Shown in pieces: positions 16,585 through 31,919 of a DNA stretch of 64,000 bases. The position numbers and the translations under genes are program-made. The stretch comes from the human T2T-CHM13v2.0 reference genome, Homo sapiens. The stretch's first letter is position 1, and each line of letters opens with the position of its first letter. Location of the stretch: the NCBI RefSeq assembly GCF_009914755.1, contig NC_060942.1; one strand, 5' to 3'. The notes below the pieces were generated by a model. The model had not been told where the DNA came from and made no database searches. It saw only the letters and a program-made list of their open reading frames with translations.

Positions 16585-17529
16585 TTATCATATGACTTAG
16601 CCATTCCACTTCTAGGTATATACTCAAATTAATAGAAAACAGGGATATTACAGAATATCCATATATATAACATTAATATGGATATAAAATATCCGTAATA
16701 TAATATGGAAAGCAGATATTTGTATTCTACTGTTTGTTATTCACAATAGCTAAAAGAGATAGCAATCTTAAGTGTCTATTAACGGATAAATGGATAAACA
16801 AAATATAGTATATCCATACAATGGAATATTATGATACATGCTATGACATGAATGAACCTTGAAGACATTGTGCTAGGTGAAATAAACCAGCCACAAAAAG
16901 ACAAATATTATAGTAATCTACTTAAACGAAACACCCTGAGTAGTAGTCTAATTCATAGAGACAGAAAGAATAGTGATTACTGGACAGGGAAATGGAGAGT
17001 TACTATTTAAGAGTTTAGTTTAGGATGACGAAAAAGTTCTGGACACAGTAGAGGTAATAGTTTTAAGACAATGTGAATGTACTTAATGCCACTGAATTGT
17101 ACAGTTAAAAATGCCCAACATGGGGAATTTTATCTTATGCATACTTTATCACAATACAAAGAGATAACTTATTTTTTAAAAATCCATTATAATGTTCAGA
17201 ACGTCTAAACTCCTAAGTAAAAGAGCCCTGAAACTTGCTAGGCCTTCAGTTCTTTATTCACAAAGCCCACATTGATAATCTCTCCCGTGAGAATGTAAAA
17301 TTCAAACAGAAAGGTTACTAGTCTTGATTAACTCACAGAACCTAGAATAATATATATGTGTGTACACAATGAGTTTTGAGCCGGCAGAAGTATTACCACT
17401 GTTAGCATCTTGTGTGTTGCCCACAAACTATAGGTTGATTAAGTAACACCAATATCTTATTTCAAATGAGATAATAATATATGGCAAAGTGTTTTGCAAG
17501 TTACCACATATTTAATGTAGTATTATTAA

Positions 17530-17848
17530 TTTTTCTAAAGAAACAGTTATTGTTCTGTTGCCCAGGCTGGAATGCAGTAGCATTATCATAGCTAACCGCA
17601 CCCTTGAACTCCTGGGCTCAGGTGATTCTCTTACCTCAGCCTCCCAAGTAGTTGAAACATAGGTGCATGCCATCACACCTGGCTAATTTTTTATTTTTAT
17701 TTTTATAGAGATAGGGTCTCGCAACATTACCCAGGTTGGTTTCCTGGCCTCAAGAGGTCCTCCCACCTTGGCCTCCCAAAGTGCTGAGATGACAAGCATG
17801 AGCCACTGTATAATACTGTAGAACACTGTACAATAGAGCCACCTGGCC
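17530..17848 (-). mobile_element. AluJ
   Basis: Reverse Alu, diverged. Confidence 0.85.
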
Positions 17849-20509
17849 CTATTCATTATTAATATTAATATGTTAAATATGTGGTAACTAGCAAAATCCT
17901 TTGCCATTTATTTCATTTGAAATTATTAATACTATGTTAAATACTAAATATAACAGTATTATTAATAATGTATGCTAAATATGTAATAAATGTTATTTTT
18001 TTTCCCCCAAATTTAACTGCCAACAATTGTCAATTCCTTCCATTTTTGATCTATATAACACTGAACAGGTAACGATCTTTAAATCGTACATGGTACTTCA
18101 AAGATCAAAGGCTTTGGAGTTAAGAGACTTAGATCTGAATTTTGACATTGTTGTTTGCTTGCAGTTATGACCTGTAGTAAGTTATTTAGGTCTTTTCATT
18201 TCTTTTGTCCTTCTCCTATCTTTGATCTTACTCATGTTACTCCTTCAATTTTATCTCAAATGAGTGGAAAAATAGTGTTAAAATCTTCATACTTTGTGAA
18301 CAAGATCAGGAAGCTCATGGAAATTCTGCCAAAAATCAAGCTATTTTGTATCCTGCTCCCACATTACCAAGGAACACAAGGTGAAGATTAATTGCCATTG
18401 CAATGTGGAGACATGTTAAGTGGTAAAAATACCAAAAAAAACTATTATTTGTATTAGAAAGCAATTTTGCCACGGAAAATGGAAACCCAAAAAAATTAAA
18501 AGGAATTATAACTGTTACATAAGTTTTAAAAATTTAGCAGGTCAAAGAGGTCAGTTCAGAATAAAAGAATTCTTGGTATTTTAGGGGTGGGAAGTAAAGA
18601 AGGGGTAGGAAGAGGGGAAGGGAAGCAAAGAACAATAAGTTCTACAGATTTCAATTTTTCTTTGTTTTTTCCAATAACCACAAAACAGGACCTCTTAGAA
18701 TTAGGAAAAACTACCAAAATTCTTTTAAGTATGCTAAATCTAACCACGCTAGAATAAAACCATAGATAATGCAGATCTTAAGTAGTTTTATGAAGGAGGT
18801 ACAGCAATATAATAAAATGCCACTGATCTGGACTCCCTAATTCCATAAGACTATGAGCTCCAGAAGGGAGAAAGAAAACTTTTGGTGGTTTGATCACTGC
18901 TGTTTTCCCAGTGTCTGAAATTGAACAGTGATCAATATACAACAGGTGTTCAGTAAATAGTTGTTGACTAAATTACCTCCTCTTTCAAGTGATCGGTTTT
19001 TCAATACATAAAAGGAAAAATATCCTTGTTACTTTTGCGGTTGATTTATTGTGTGGTTATTCTATAATTATTTATGCATTGCTTAACTTTGAAAAAGAAT
19101 TTAAAGCAATACAAAATATTATTTTGTATTTTCTTCAGTCCCCTTCAAAGTTTTATTCAGATTTATAATAATATTTGTACGTCTTCAGCCTTCTTAAACT
19201 TTACTAAGAGAATAACCTGAATAAAAACACAAAAAGTGTTTTGATGTAACCATTTCTCACTCCCTGATCATCTCTTTGTCATGCAACAATTTCACTTGCA
19301 GCATGAAGATAATAATTATGTCACATTTAATTCTGAAGAGGAGGAAGTTCCTTATTTCCTAGTATATAATTGCTAATAAAATTCTCCCAAAGTCAAGCTG
19401 CTCTTACAGCTTCTCAGACAGCTGGTCATTCAATGATGTTCTTTGTTGTATAATTTCTTAATTTCCAGAGGATTTATTTTCCCTTTCTCCTCCTTAGACA
19501 ATTTTATAGCTCAGCACAATGTAAGTACTGTGCTATAGTACTTGAAGGCAATACAATTGTTCTTTTAAAATATTTGATAACTAGAATGCTTCACTAATAT
19601 TAGCAAACCTACATGATTTATTTCATCAGAATTAACAAGATTTCCATCTCTCTGCAAAGTACTATCCTTCACTGTCTCAACTAGATAGGCAGTCCTTAAG
19701 ACAAATAACTACTGTGTAACTTTCTAAAATAAGGTAGCTGAGTTCATTTCCATTGTTACTATTCACTGCTATTGCTAAGGCAGCAAGTTAGGGACTGAGA
19801 TACATTATCCTTTCTCTGATAGATGAACAGGGAAAAAAATCCTAAGATGTCAGCAGGGGAAAGATGAATTCTTTACCTCCCAAATCCACGAAGATGATGA
19901 GAACCTTTGGTGTCATGATAATTTTGATTCAGCTATGTTGTAGAGTTTTCTGTGAATCATCTTGTAATTTTAACTTTTTTTAAAAAGTAAGAAAGTGTTC
20001 TAAACTGACTGAAAATTAGTTTCTTATACAATACATTTTTGTTTCTGAATTGCCAGCTGCAAAAGCCTGATGGAATCAAGTATATCACAATATCCTATAA
20101 ACTCATAAATAAAATTAAATTGAATTCTGGAATTAATAATAGAACCTTCTTATATTTTGGGTTTTAATAAAAACAAGAGAATAACTTGTCTTCTCACAAA
20201 AACATATATTTTAATCTCATTACTTACTACTTATTGACCACCTCCATAATAAGATAACTAACGCCTAAAATGAACAATTCAACAAAGATCAAATGTAAAA
20301 TTATGACTGGTGAGCCTAAATCCATTACATTTATATTTCATCTGGGTATCCTGCGTGGGACATAAGAGGAGTAACAATATAATCTGCCCAATATTATCAA
20401 ATTAATAGGTTAGGACAATTCCCATATAGTATTTGTGGCTTCTGATTTTCATCAGATACACACAAATATTTAGCAATGTAGTTTCAACAAACTACCACAA
20501 CTACTTTCA

Positions 20510-20671
<162 letters not shown>

Positions 20672-20851
20672 TCATTTAAGATCTTATTATAACCTGTCCA
20701 GGTTTATTTGTGGGCAGGATATTAAATCAGTGTAGGACGACAAATATAGTTCTAAGGTGAAATTATATTGTCAGCATAGTATCAGCCCAAATAGAAAATA
20801 TGTTAAAGATTGAGAACATTAAAGAATTTTTTTAAAAGAAAACTAAAGAAA

Positions 20852-21158
<307 letters not shown>

Positions 21159-21918
21159 CTACAAAAAACACCCATGACTTTTCTACTGACAACAAAAATC
21201 CAGATTAATCACCACCTTACTTCATTAGCAAAATGAATAAAGCACCATGCATTTTCTTGACAGTTTTTTGTGTGTGTGTGTTATTTTTTTCTTACAATGG
21301 TAAAGTTAGGCTTTTTTTTCCCCAACCAAAACTTTACTTAGGCAGCAATACCAGATGCTACCAAAAACCTCCAGAAACACATTTAAAATTTTGAACTTCC
21401 AATTTATAATCTATTAATTATTTCTGACCATTCAAAAGCCAATGACTACTAATTCTTGATACTGCCACAGAATTCAGAGCTTTCACTGGACAAGTTACTG
21501 ATACCAGCCTCTTTTTTGGTGAGCAAAAAGTTTTTAAAAATGTGATTTTAGCTGAATTGGAAAAAGAAAGTTAGCACCTTTTTTCCCTAGTACAGTGCTT
21601 ATAAATAAAGAAAATACTCTAAATTCTAAGTTTTTGCATAAGCTAAAAGATAAGTTGGCTTAGACATGTGACAATTTTTCCAAGAAGCTTTCACTAACTC
21701 TCAAACTGGATTAGAAAACCTCTCCATGGTTCTCCGGCACATGGTACTTATCTCATGGTAATTAGCTGTGTGTACTATAAATGTCTGATTTGCTTATCTA
21801 ATTCCCCCAAAGGACTATGAGGTATTTGAGAAAAGTGGCTCTGTATCTTCCTCACTACTATATCCCTAGCACCTAATAAACAGCATAATACAATGCTTTA
21901 TATTAAAATGTAAAAATT

Positions 21919-22213
<295 letters not shown>

Positions 22214-22223
22214 ATGTAAAAAT

Positions 22224-22339
22224 TAGCCAGGCATGGGTGGCTCAGGCCTGTAATCCCAGCACTTTGGGAAGCTGAAGTGGGAGGATCACTTGATCCCAGG
22301 AGTTTGAAACCAGCCTGGGCAACAGAGCAAAACCCTGTC

Positions 22340-22369
<30 letters not shown>
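22224..22369 (+). mobile_element. FLAM-C/Alu left monomer
   Basis: Monomer plus A-tail directly after the preceding Alu. Confidence 0.8.
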
Positions 22370-22370
<1 letters not shown>

Positions 22371-23171
22371 TAAACATTTGAAAAACCATACTTCAAGCTC
22401 TAAAGGACATAATGAAGGGAGACAAGTTAAAGCAAATCTCAACTTGAAACATATTTAAAAGTACTAGGTCTCCCTAATATTTAACAATATACAATCATAA
22501 ACATTAAATATAATCTTACTAATACATCTGGTTCACTTTCAAATTTCAAAAGTAAACCACAAAGGTATATATAATATGCCATTTTTCTTTCAAAAATGCA
22601 GACAGACATTATTATTAAAATGCTTGTTGGATCTACAAGATGGAACACCAACTATTATGTCTAGAAGAAAAAAGATAGTATACTTTTAAAAATGGCTTTA
22701 TACTATTGACTCTTTCAACAACCATATACCATACATCATCAAATCTAAAATGGTTTAAAGTATAAGGTGTATCACCGTTTTTATACCACTATGAAAAAGG
22801 ATGCTCCCAACTCATACCATTGACTGTGAGATGTACTCTAATTTCAGAGATGTTATGTTAAAAAATTTTTTTAGATTCAGTAAAATACACAGTAATTTTT
22901 ATAATTAACCAAGTTAAAAATTGAACAATAAAAGAAAAAAGTCATCTAGTTTAGCCATCAGCCAAGACTGTATTATTATCACAATTTCTTAGGTATGATA
23001 AGTGAGTTGAGATCTACAAAAGACATCTAGAATATCATAAAATTACATCAGGTTTCACTGTCATTTATATTCTAACAATTTACATGTAGAAGCTCAGATA
23101 TGGACCTTAAAAATGGAGCAGAAGATGAGAAGTCCTCAGAATTAATACAGGCTCAGTTTTAAAATTATTTA

Positions 23172-23363
<192 letters not shown>

Positions 23364-23635
23364 TCAGTTTCAAAGGAAGAGTCAAAGTTACCCGTTTAAA
23401 AAGATTATTAGGTATGTATTAAACTAAAAACATACACCTAATATATAAAAGAACACATCACAAAGTTGCTCTAAGCCTCTAAATGCTTTTAAAAACACAT
23501 ACGAAGCAGGTTTGGATCATGTTTATTACCCACAAATAAAATCAAGATTGCTTAATATAATAAATATATTAGAAAGAGCCAAGTGGCAAGTTTTGAGATG
23601 AACAACTGTAATAGAGAGACATAAAATCTTCCTTA

Positions 23636-23785
<150 letters not shown>

Positions 23786-23947
23786 CTAAAAAGCGCGGCA
23801 GGTCAAATTTTGAATTAGGATATAAAGTCTCAATTATTTAAAATGACTTTCTTATTAATATTACCTATGGGACTCCAAATCTTTGAGCTATAAAATATCA
23901 TATATTAAAACTGAATGGAAACCTGACAAAAATTAACACAGCTTAAT

Positions 23948-24065
23948 CATATATATACATACTATATACACACCATATACATATATACCATATAATGTAT
24001 GTATGTGTATACATGTGAATGCATATACACACACATTATATGTGTATTCACATATATACACACAC
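23948..24065. repeat. (TA/CA/TG)n low-complexity microsatellite
   Basis: Alternating purine-pyrimidine tract. Confidence 0.8.
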
Positions 24066-25171
24066 CAGTGATTATTTTGTAATAATGCTCACTAGAAAAA
24101 CATACTGCCACATTTATTATTCCCCAAGTTGTGCCAATATCATGAAACCATTTAACTGCTGAGAACAAGTACACAGGCCAGTGCAAATACACTGGGGAGT
24201 TCATAGGATAGGGCATTTTACAACATATTGGTATAAACACTGACTTCATTATTTTCTACTAAAATAGCTATTTAACTATGTTTGAAACTACAAAAGAAAC
24301 ATACAAAAGCTGACTGTACAAATACAAACTGGGGAAGCATATGTATGGGAAAAGGGCATAATAGTGTAAAGCACACTGAATGTCTATTTGATGTGAATTT
24401 TAACTGCCCTCCCCCAACAAACCTGAGAGACTTGTTAGCTGTTACCTATATTCGCTGGTATTAATGAAACAGCATTATAACTAAATGTTCATACAGAAGT
24501 TCTCATGCAGTGTTTCCTTCACTGTGTATATGAAGTGAAGGAATAACATATACACAGCTCCTTCAGCTCCTTCAGCTGTGTATATGTTATTTATTATATA
24601 AATAACATATTTATTTATGTTATTTATTATATGTATATACATATACATAATGTATATGTATATACATATACATAATATGTATATACATATACAGCTGTGT
24701 ATATGTTATTTATTATATAAACAGTGAGGATAGGTATCTTTTAAGACTCACTCCTAAAATAAGCAGTAAAATCTTTTATATGTTAACTGAAGTAAAACAC
24801 TAAAAAATACACACATTACTGGAATCCAATTTTTATGAAAGTCTAATTTTAACACTGGCATAAGTATTTAGTGACATTTAAGCTAATTCCATTCCTAGTT
24901 ACCAGTAGTGTATATTAGAGTTGTTATGAAGGATTTAGTAAATCTGGCAATCCATATTTACCCTAAATAGAGAGGAAAAAATAAATCACTAACAAGTTAC
25001 TAATACAACATTGAAACCATGGTATCTAGTTCAACAAATAAGGTCATATTAATTCTGGACAAGTCCAGCTATGGTTAGTAAATTCTTACACCATTTTCTA
25101 AAGAATTCTTAAACCATTTTCTAAAGAAGCATCTACCTTGAATTAGCAAAAACTAAATTAAAATCTAGTTA

Positions 25172-25303
<132 letters not shown>

Positions 25304-25937
25304 TTAGACACTGTAAAAATTATATGAGGCAGTTATTTTAGGTCAAGCATCCTCAATCTAGGTAAGGCCATCTTTGATCTGTATGTGTTCTCTATCCACA
25401 TCTATAAATTAAATTTCATCAAAGAAACTTCTTTATATGTTAATGCCTCAGAAGAAAACATATATATTCCTTTTTTAAAAGTTTCATTCTTTCAGAGGGA
25501 AAATCAAATCATTTGAGAGAGACAGACCATCAAAAATACAACACTCAGACATAAAAGGTGATTGAAACATATTAGATAGGTAAGTACATAAAAAAACCCC
25601 ACGGCAGGGTCTAAGTCACTTTCATTTTTGATCCCTGACATGTAGGCACAGCAACTGCACACAGGATTCAAGCAGTGTTTGTACAACAAATGAAACTATT
25701 CGTCTAATGAATAAATACGACCTATTCACTAATTAAAAGCAAATTAAGTTACATATTTAAAAAATTAACATCAAAGTGTTTAACTCCTGGCACATACCTT
25801 AGAAAACTAGTTTACAAGTTTTACTTTTCAGAACACCATTTAAAGGCTATATGATCAGATTAAGGGATATTAAAGAATACATTTATATCAACATTAAATT
25901 GAAATGCTAAAATTATAAACTTCAAAGTTTGGAGTTC

Positions 25938-26234
25938 TTTTTTTCCCCCCTTCCTGACATAGAATCTCACTCTGTCACCCAGTCTGAAGTGCAGTGACTA
26001 GATCTCAGCTCACTGAAACCTCTGCTCCCAGGCTCAAGCGATCCTCCCACCTTAGCCTCCCAAGGAGCTGGGACCACAGGTGCATGCCACCACACCTGTG
26101 TTTTTTTTTTTTTTTTTTGTAGAGATGGGTTTCACCATGTTGTCCAGGCTGGTGTCAAACTCCTGAGCTCAAGAGATCTGCCTGCCTCGGCCTCCCAAAG
26201 CTCTGGGATTACAGGCGTGAGGCAGCGCCTGGCC
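25938..26234 (-). mobile_element. AluJb-like
   Basis: Reverse Alu; ggctcaagcgatcctcccacc. Confidence 0.88.
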
Positions 26235-26366
26235 AGAGTCTTGAGTTCTGAAAGGTCACTTATGTCATACGGAAGAAGAATGGGTGAACTGAGAGTAAGA
26301 AATGTTAAAGTTATTTTTAGCTATTTCCCTCAACAAATGAGAAAATTTAAAGCACTTTTATCTTTA

Positions 26367-26543
<177 letters not shown>

Positions 26544-26885
26544 CTATACAAATAGAAAAAACAAACAAAACACATTCATTAATGTTAAACAAAATTGTTT
26601 CACTTAAAAAGTGGCAAAAATGTTAATAAAAGATTTAAGTAAAATAATCAAATTACAGAAGTTGCAAGTCTAGTTTTAAAAAAAGACAAACATAAATGCC
26701 ACAAAGACCCTTGTATATGCAAAATGACTATAACATAATTATTCAGAAGAGTTACATGGAGATATCCTTTCTTCATAATTTTCTACACTATTTGAATTTC
26801 TTTTACTGAGAATTTTTTTAAACTGTAATATTTTCAGTAAATATACAAATCTCCTAGGCAAAGAAATACTGTATTTCTAATTTAA

Positions 26886-27285
<400 letters not shown>

Positions 27286-27919
27286 TCAGCTGTTTCTTAT
27301 TAGCTGTGTGACTAGTAATTTGCTTAACCTACCCGAGTCTATGAGACTATAATCTCTTCTAAAACACTGTAAGGACTATACTTCGTTTAACTTTTATACC
27401 TGCTGCTTAGTCAAGTATCCAGATGCCTGGCGGTTAGCAATTGCTTAATAAAGGCTTAATGAACCAAATCATAAACTAATCCATAAAGTAACAGTGCACC
27501 TAACAGATTAACTGTCTTTCAGGGTTGAGGGTTGTTAAAAAAGATTACTGAATATAGAAAGCACTTAGTGCAACAGATGCTCAACAAATGACAGCAGTCA
27601 GGAGGAGGAGCAGTAATAGCTAACACAGAAGTAGGAGGAAGGCAGCAGCTAGGGTTCAAATAGTAACAGCAAAATCCACTAATGTGAAATTAGCGAGGAT
27701 ATCAGGCATAAATATATTATGTGACTGGGGATCAAATAAAAAGAAGGGCAAATTTATAAAATAACATTTTAAGTAAATACAAGAAGTTTAGAATTAAACT
27801 AAAAAAAACAAGCCCTAGAGAAGATGATCTCTAATTTACCCAGATGTTTGTCTTAAAATCTTCTTAATGTTTCATTTTTTTCAACTGTGTTTAATAATTT
27901 TAGTTATAGATTCAGTTAC

Positions 27920-28048
27920 TTTGTTTTGATTTTTTGTTTTTTTGTAGAGATTGGGAGCCAGTCTTGAACTCCTGCCCTCAAGTGATCTTCCTGTCTCAGC
28001 CTCTCAAAGTGCTCAGATTACAAGCATGGGGGCCACCACACCCGGCCC
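27920..28048 (-). mobile_element. FLAM/Alu monomer
   Basis: Reverse left monomer. Confidence 0.75.
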
Positions 28049-28319
28049 AGACTCAGTTATTTTAATGTAAAAAATGTATTTTGGGGGAAGAGAGAAGGAT
28101 AAGAAACAAAGTGGCATTTCATGACTATCCCAGATTAAAGTATATAATTTGTCATTTGGGCCCCATAAAGAAATACTGTTAATTTGGTGACAGTTTCACC
28201 CTATTTATAGACAATATATCCAGAGAAATAAAGCTCTGAATACCTAAATTGTAAATAGCCCTGAAAGTAACAATTATGTCACATATTTTTTCACTAACAG
28301 ACACTGAACGTTCATGTAT

Positions 28320-28535
28320 CAGTGGTTGTTAACTAGTGGTGAAAACATTTTTGGTTGTCACAACTGTGTGTGAGGTGGGAAGAGTCACTACTAGCATCCC
28401 CTGTGTAGAGGCCAGGAATGCTGCCAAACATCCTAAATAAACACATTAGTAACTGAAATAATATAAAGGATAGCCCCCAACAACAAAGAATTATCTGGCC
28501 CAAAATGTCAATAGTATTAAGCCTGAGAAACTCTG
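28320..28535. mobile_element. MER20 (hAT-Charlie)
   Basis: tttttggttgtcacaactg...gtagaggccaggaatgctgccaaacatcct...aaagaattatctggcccaaaatgtcaatagt. Confidence 0.85.
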
Positions 28536-28587
28536 ATCTACATAGTTGGTAAAAACATAGACATTTCAAGTTTAAAAGTACTATGGT

Positions 28588-28888
28588 GACCGGGCACGGT
28601 GGCTCACACCTGTAATCCCAGCACTTTGGGAGGCCGAGGCAGGCGGATCACGAGGTCAGGAGATCGAGACCATGCTGGCTAACACAGTGAAACCCGTCTC
28701 TACTAAAAATACAAAAAATAATAGCCGGGCGTGGTGGCAGGCACCTGTCGTCCCAGCTACTCGGGAGGCTGAGGCAGGAGAATGGCGTGAACTCAGGGGG
28801 CAGAGCTTGCTTGCAGTGAGCCGAGATCGCACCATTGCACTCCGGCCTGGGCGACAGAGCGAGACTCCGTCTCAAAAAAAAAAAAAAA
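28588..28888 (+). mobile_element. AluY-like
   Basis: AluY diagnostics; TSD aaaagt(a/g)ctatgg. Confidence 0.92.
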
Positions 28889-29619
28889 GTGCTATGGCAT
28901 AAACCTTCAACATTTTTCATATCCTTTTAATTCCAATTACTGGTATGCTTTTTAAGGACAGACTTCATTATATATTATAAATAAATCACAAAAACATGTT
29001 AGAAAATTAGAAATGGTCTAGCCCAGTTTAACTTCCCCCGTATGACATTTTGCATTAAGGATCCCAATACATAAGACAGATAAAACATGAAGCTGAACTC
29101 ATAAAAGCAGAGAGAAAACTCAGAATTATAATCTACCCAAAACCCCACTTGACCCCATGATTTTGCCTAAGGTACCTCCACAATTGAACATAACCAATCA
29201 AAGACAACTTTCAGACTTATGAACAAGGAAATTGTGGCCCAGAGATGTTAAGTAACATGGCCACAGCTTCAGAGAAAGGCCTATGGCAATCAAGACGAGG
29301 ACCTAAAACTACTGACTTCTAGTTTTTCTTTCCACTGAAAACCGAAAGACAAGTATTATTTGGTGACCTAGCTTAACTTGGTTTCCTCTCACTTTCCCTT
29401 CATTTCTCTTATTATCTCCTCTTCACAAAATAAGAGACAGATAAATGAGGAGACAGCTAAACAAAATGAGAGCCTCATGTTTGGGGAAAAAAATTCAATA
29501 TTAACTAAAAGTATCTATTTAAATTTTAATAATATACGACTTCCCTCAAATCTAAGTAGATTAAGTTTTCTATATCTTCTGTATTTAAAAATATCTAATT
29601 TAAAATTCTGTATTTAAAT

Positions 29620-29925
29620 TTTATATTTATTATTTTTATTTTTGAGACAGGGTCTCACTCTGTTGCCCAGGCTGGAGTGCAGTGATGTGAACACGGCTCA
29701 CTATAGCCTCGACCTCCTGGACTCAAGTAATCCTCCTGCTTCAGCCTCCCCAGTAGCTGGAACCACAGGCGTGTACCACCATGCCTCAATAATTTTTTTA
29801 ATTTTTTGTAGAGATAGGTGTCACTATGTTGTCCAGGCTGGTCTCAAACCCCTGGGCTCAAGCTATCCTCCCGCCTTGTCCTCCCAAAGTATTCAGATAA
29901 CAGGCATGAGCCATCACGCCCAGCA
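29620..29925 (-). mobile_element. AluJ
   Basis: Reverse Alu; TSD aaattct..atttaaatt. Confidence 0.88.
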
Positions 29926-30164
29926 CAAATTCTACATTTAAATTAAATTTCCTATATATAAATTCTACAGAAGCATGGTTATTTTGTTCTAGCCTTTCTT
30001 GCTAGAAATGATTCAATACAATTAAATTTTAAGATTTAAAAGGTAATTAGACAATTTTGTAACTGCCAGTAAATTCTCTACTACTATTCTAAAACACAAA
30101 CTAAGCTTCTCAGACATGTTTAGTTACAAACTAATGCAGCAATAATGAAAGAGTAGCAAAGTCA

Positions 30165-30341
<177 letters not shown>

Positions 30342-30819
30342 TTAACATTTAAAGCTCAAGGTTTCACAGAACAATTTACTAAGTGCTTTTAATACTTGCT
30401 AAATAATTTAGCCTTACTGTTTCAGTTATTTTTATTTCTTCTCTTCTGCCAAATTATTCCAAGTAGCTAATGTCAAGACTTTAATTATCAGAAGTAATGT
30501 TTTAAAAAAATTTTTATTTCCTATATTACAAGACACTTTCCCCCCTCCACACGGCTATGTAAGCTGCTTCCTGTTTATAAAGCTTACTGTTCTACAGCAT
30601 TTTAGTCTAATATTAGGAGCAAAGATTTATCTTCTGATGCCTGACACTTCTTTTCTGCCACAGATACTTGGGGAAAACACTTCCCACTATGGCTAGATTT
30701 GACACTAGGCTTCCATACCCTCAGGCAACAATGTCTAAAGGAACTTAAAGCAACAATTCTATAAAAACAGTATTTTCCCAAATAATATGTTAAACACACA
30801 AGTGGATTATTTTAATTTA

Positions 30820-30987
<168 letters not shown>

Positions 30988-31919
30988 TCACTAAAGCATT
31001 ACAACTAGCACTACTTATTTTACATTCGAGTTCTTAAGAAACACAATGAAAAACAACAAACTTCATGAAGAATTATTTGAAAATATGGTGAAACTTGAAG
31101 CTATAAAGTAGCTAAATGTTCAATTTGCTAAGATTTTTTAAAGTAAATTCCAGAATAACTTCATTACAACTACTAAAGGTTTTTATTAATCAAAATTTGA
31201 CTTAACAGAATGTTTTAAAAACAAATATTACACTACAAACAAAAGCTGAAAATAATTAGCTAATTAGTTCCTGGTATTTTAAGTACACATCAAATCTGAA
31301 TTTAGGAAACATGAGTAGATATTTTAGATTAATACTGGAATAAATTTTTCTTTTTATAAGGTCAGTTTTAGTGATCCTTTAAAAAAAGATGTAATTTAAG
31401 ATATCAAAGGCAAACACACTAAAAAAAAAAAAAACAGTAAATTTTCCAACTGGTAATCTTTAATACTTATAGCATTACATTTCTCTATTTGAACCTAGAT
31501 TTTAACTTGAAACACACAGTGAAAATCACTGCAATTATTTATATAAACTTGTCATACTACAAACTACAATAATTCACAAATCCCCACTGGATAGATATTC
31601 TAATTCCTAATTTGGTCATAGATTAAAATAGGGCTATTTTAATCCACATGGGTCAACACTGGCATGAGATTACATGGAAAAGCTTCACATTTCAGAGTTG
31701 TACAAAATACACAGCAGCTATTAAACTTCAGTTCCAGTTCCTAATAAGAGCTGTATTAATATTCTTGTTTTCCTTTTCAAATGCATTTAAACTCAAGTGT
31801 TTGTGTACTTTATGACCAATAAATACATGTAACAGAGAGCAAATTTCTACAAAGTTATAAGTACCTTTAATTTTAGGTTACATATCCACTGCAAGATGCA
31901 CCAGAAAGATGAACAATAA

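Noticed and set aside
24540-24730. CRISPR-like or other prokaryotic repeat array
   Set aside because: No regular repeat-spacer periodicity; the sequence is human intron, and no prokaryotic or engineered insert was seen anywhere in the window.
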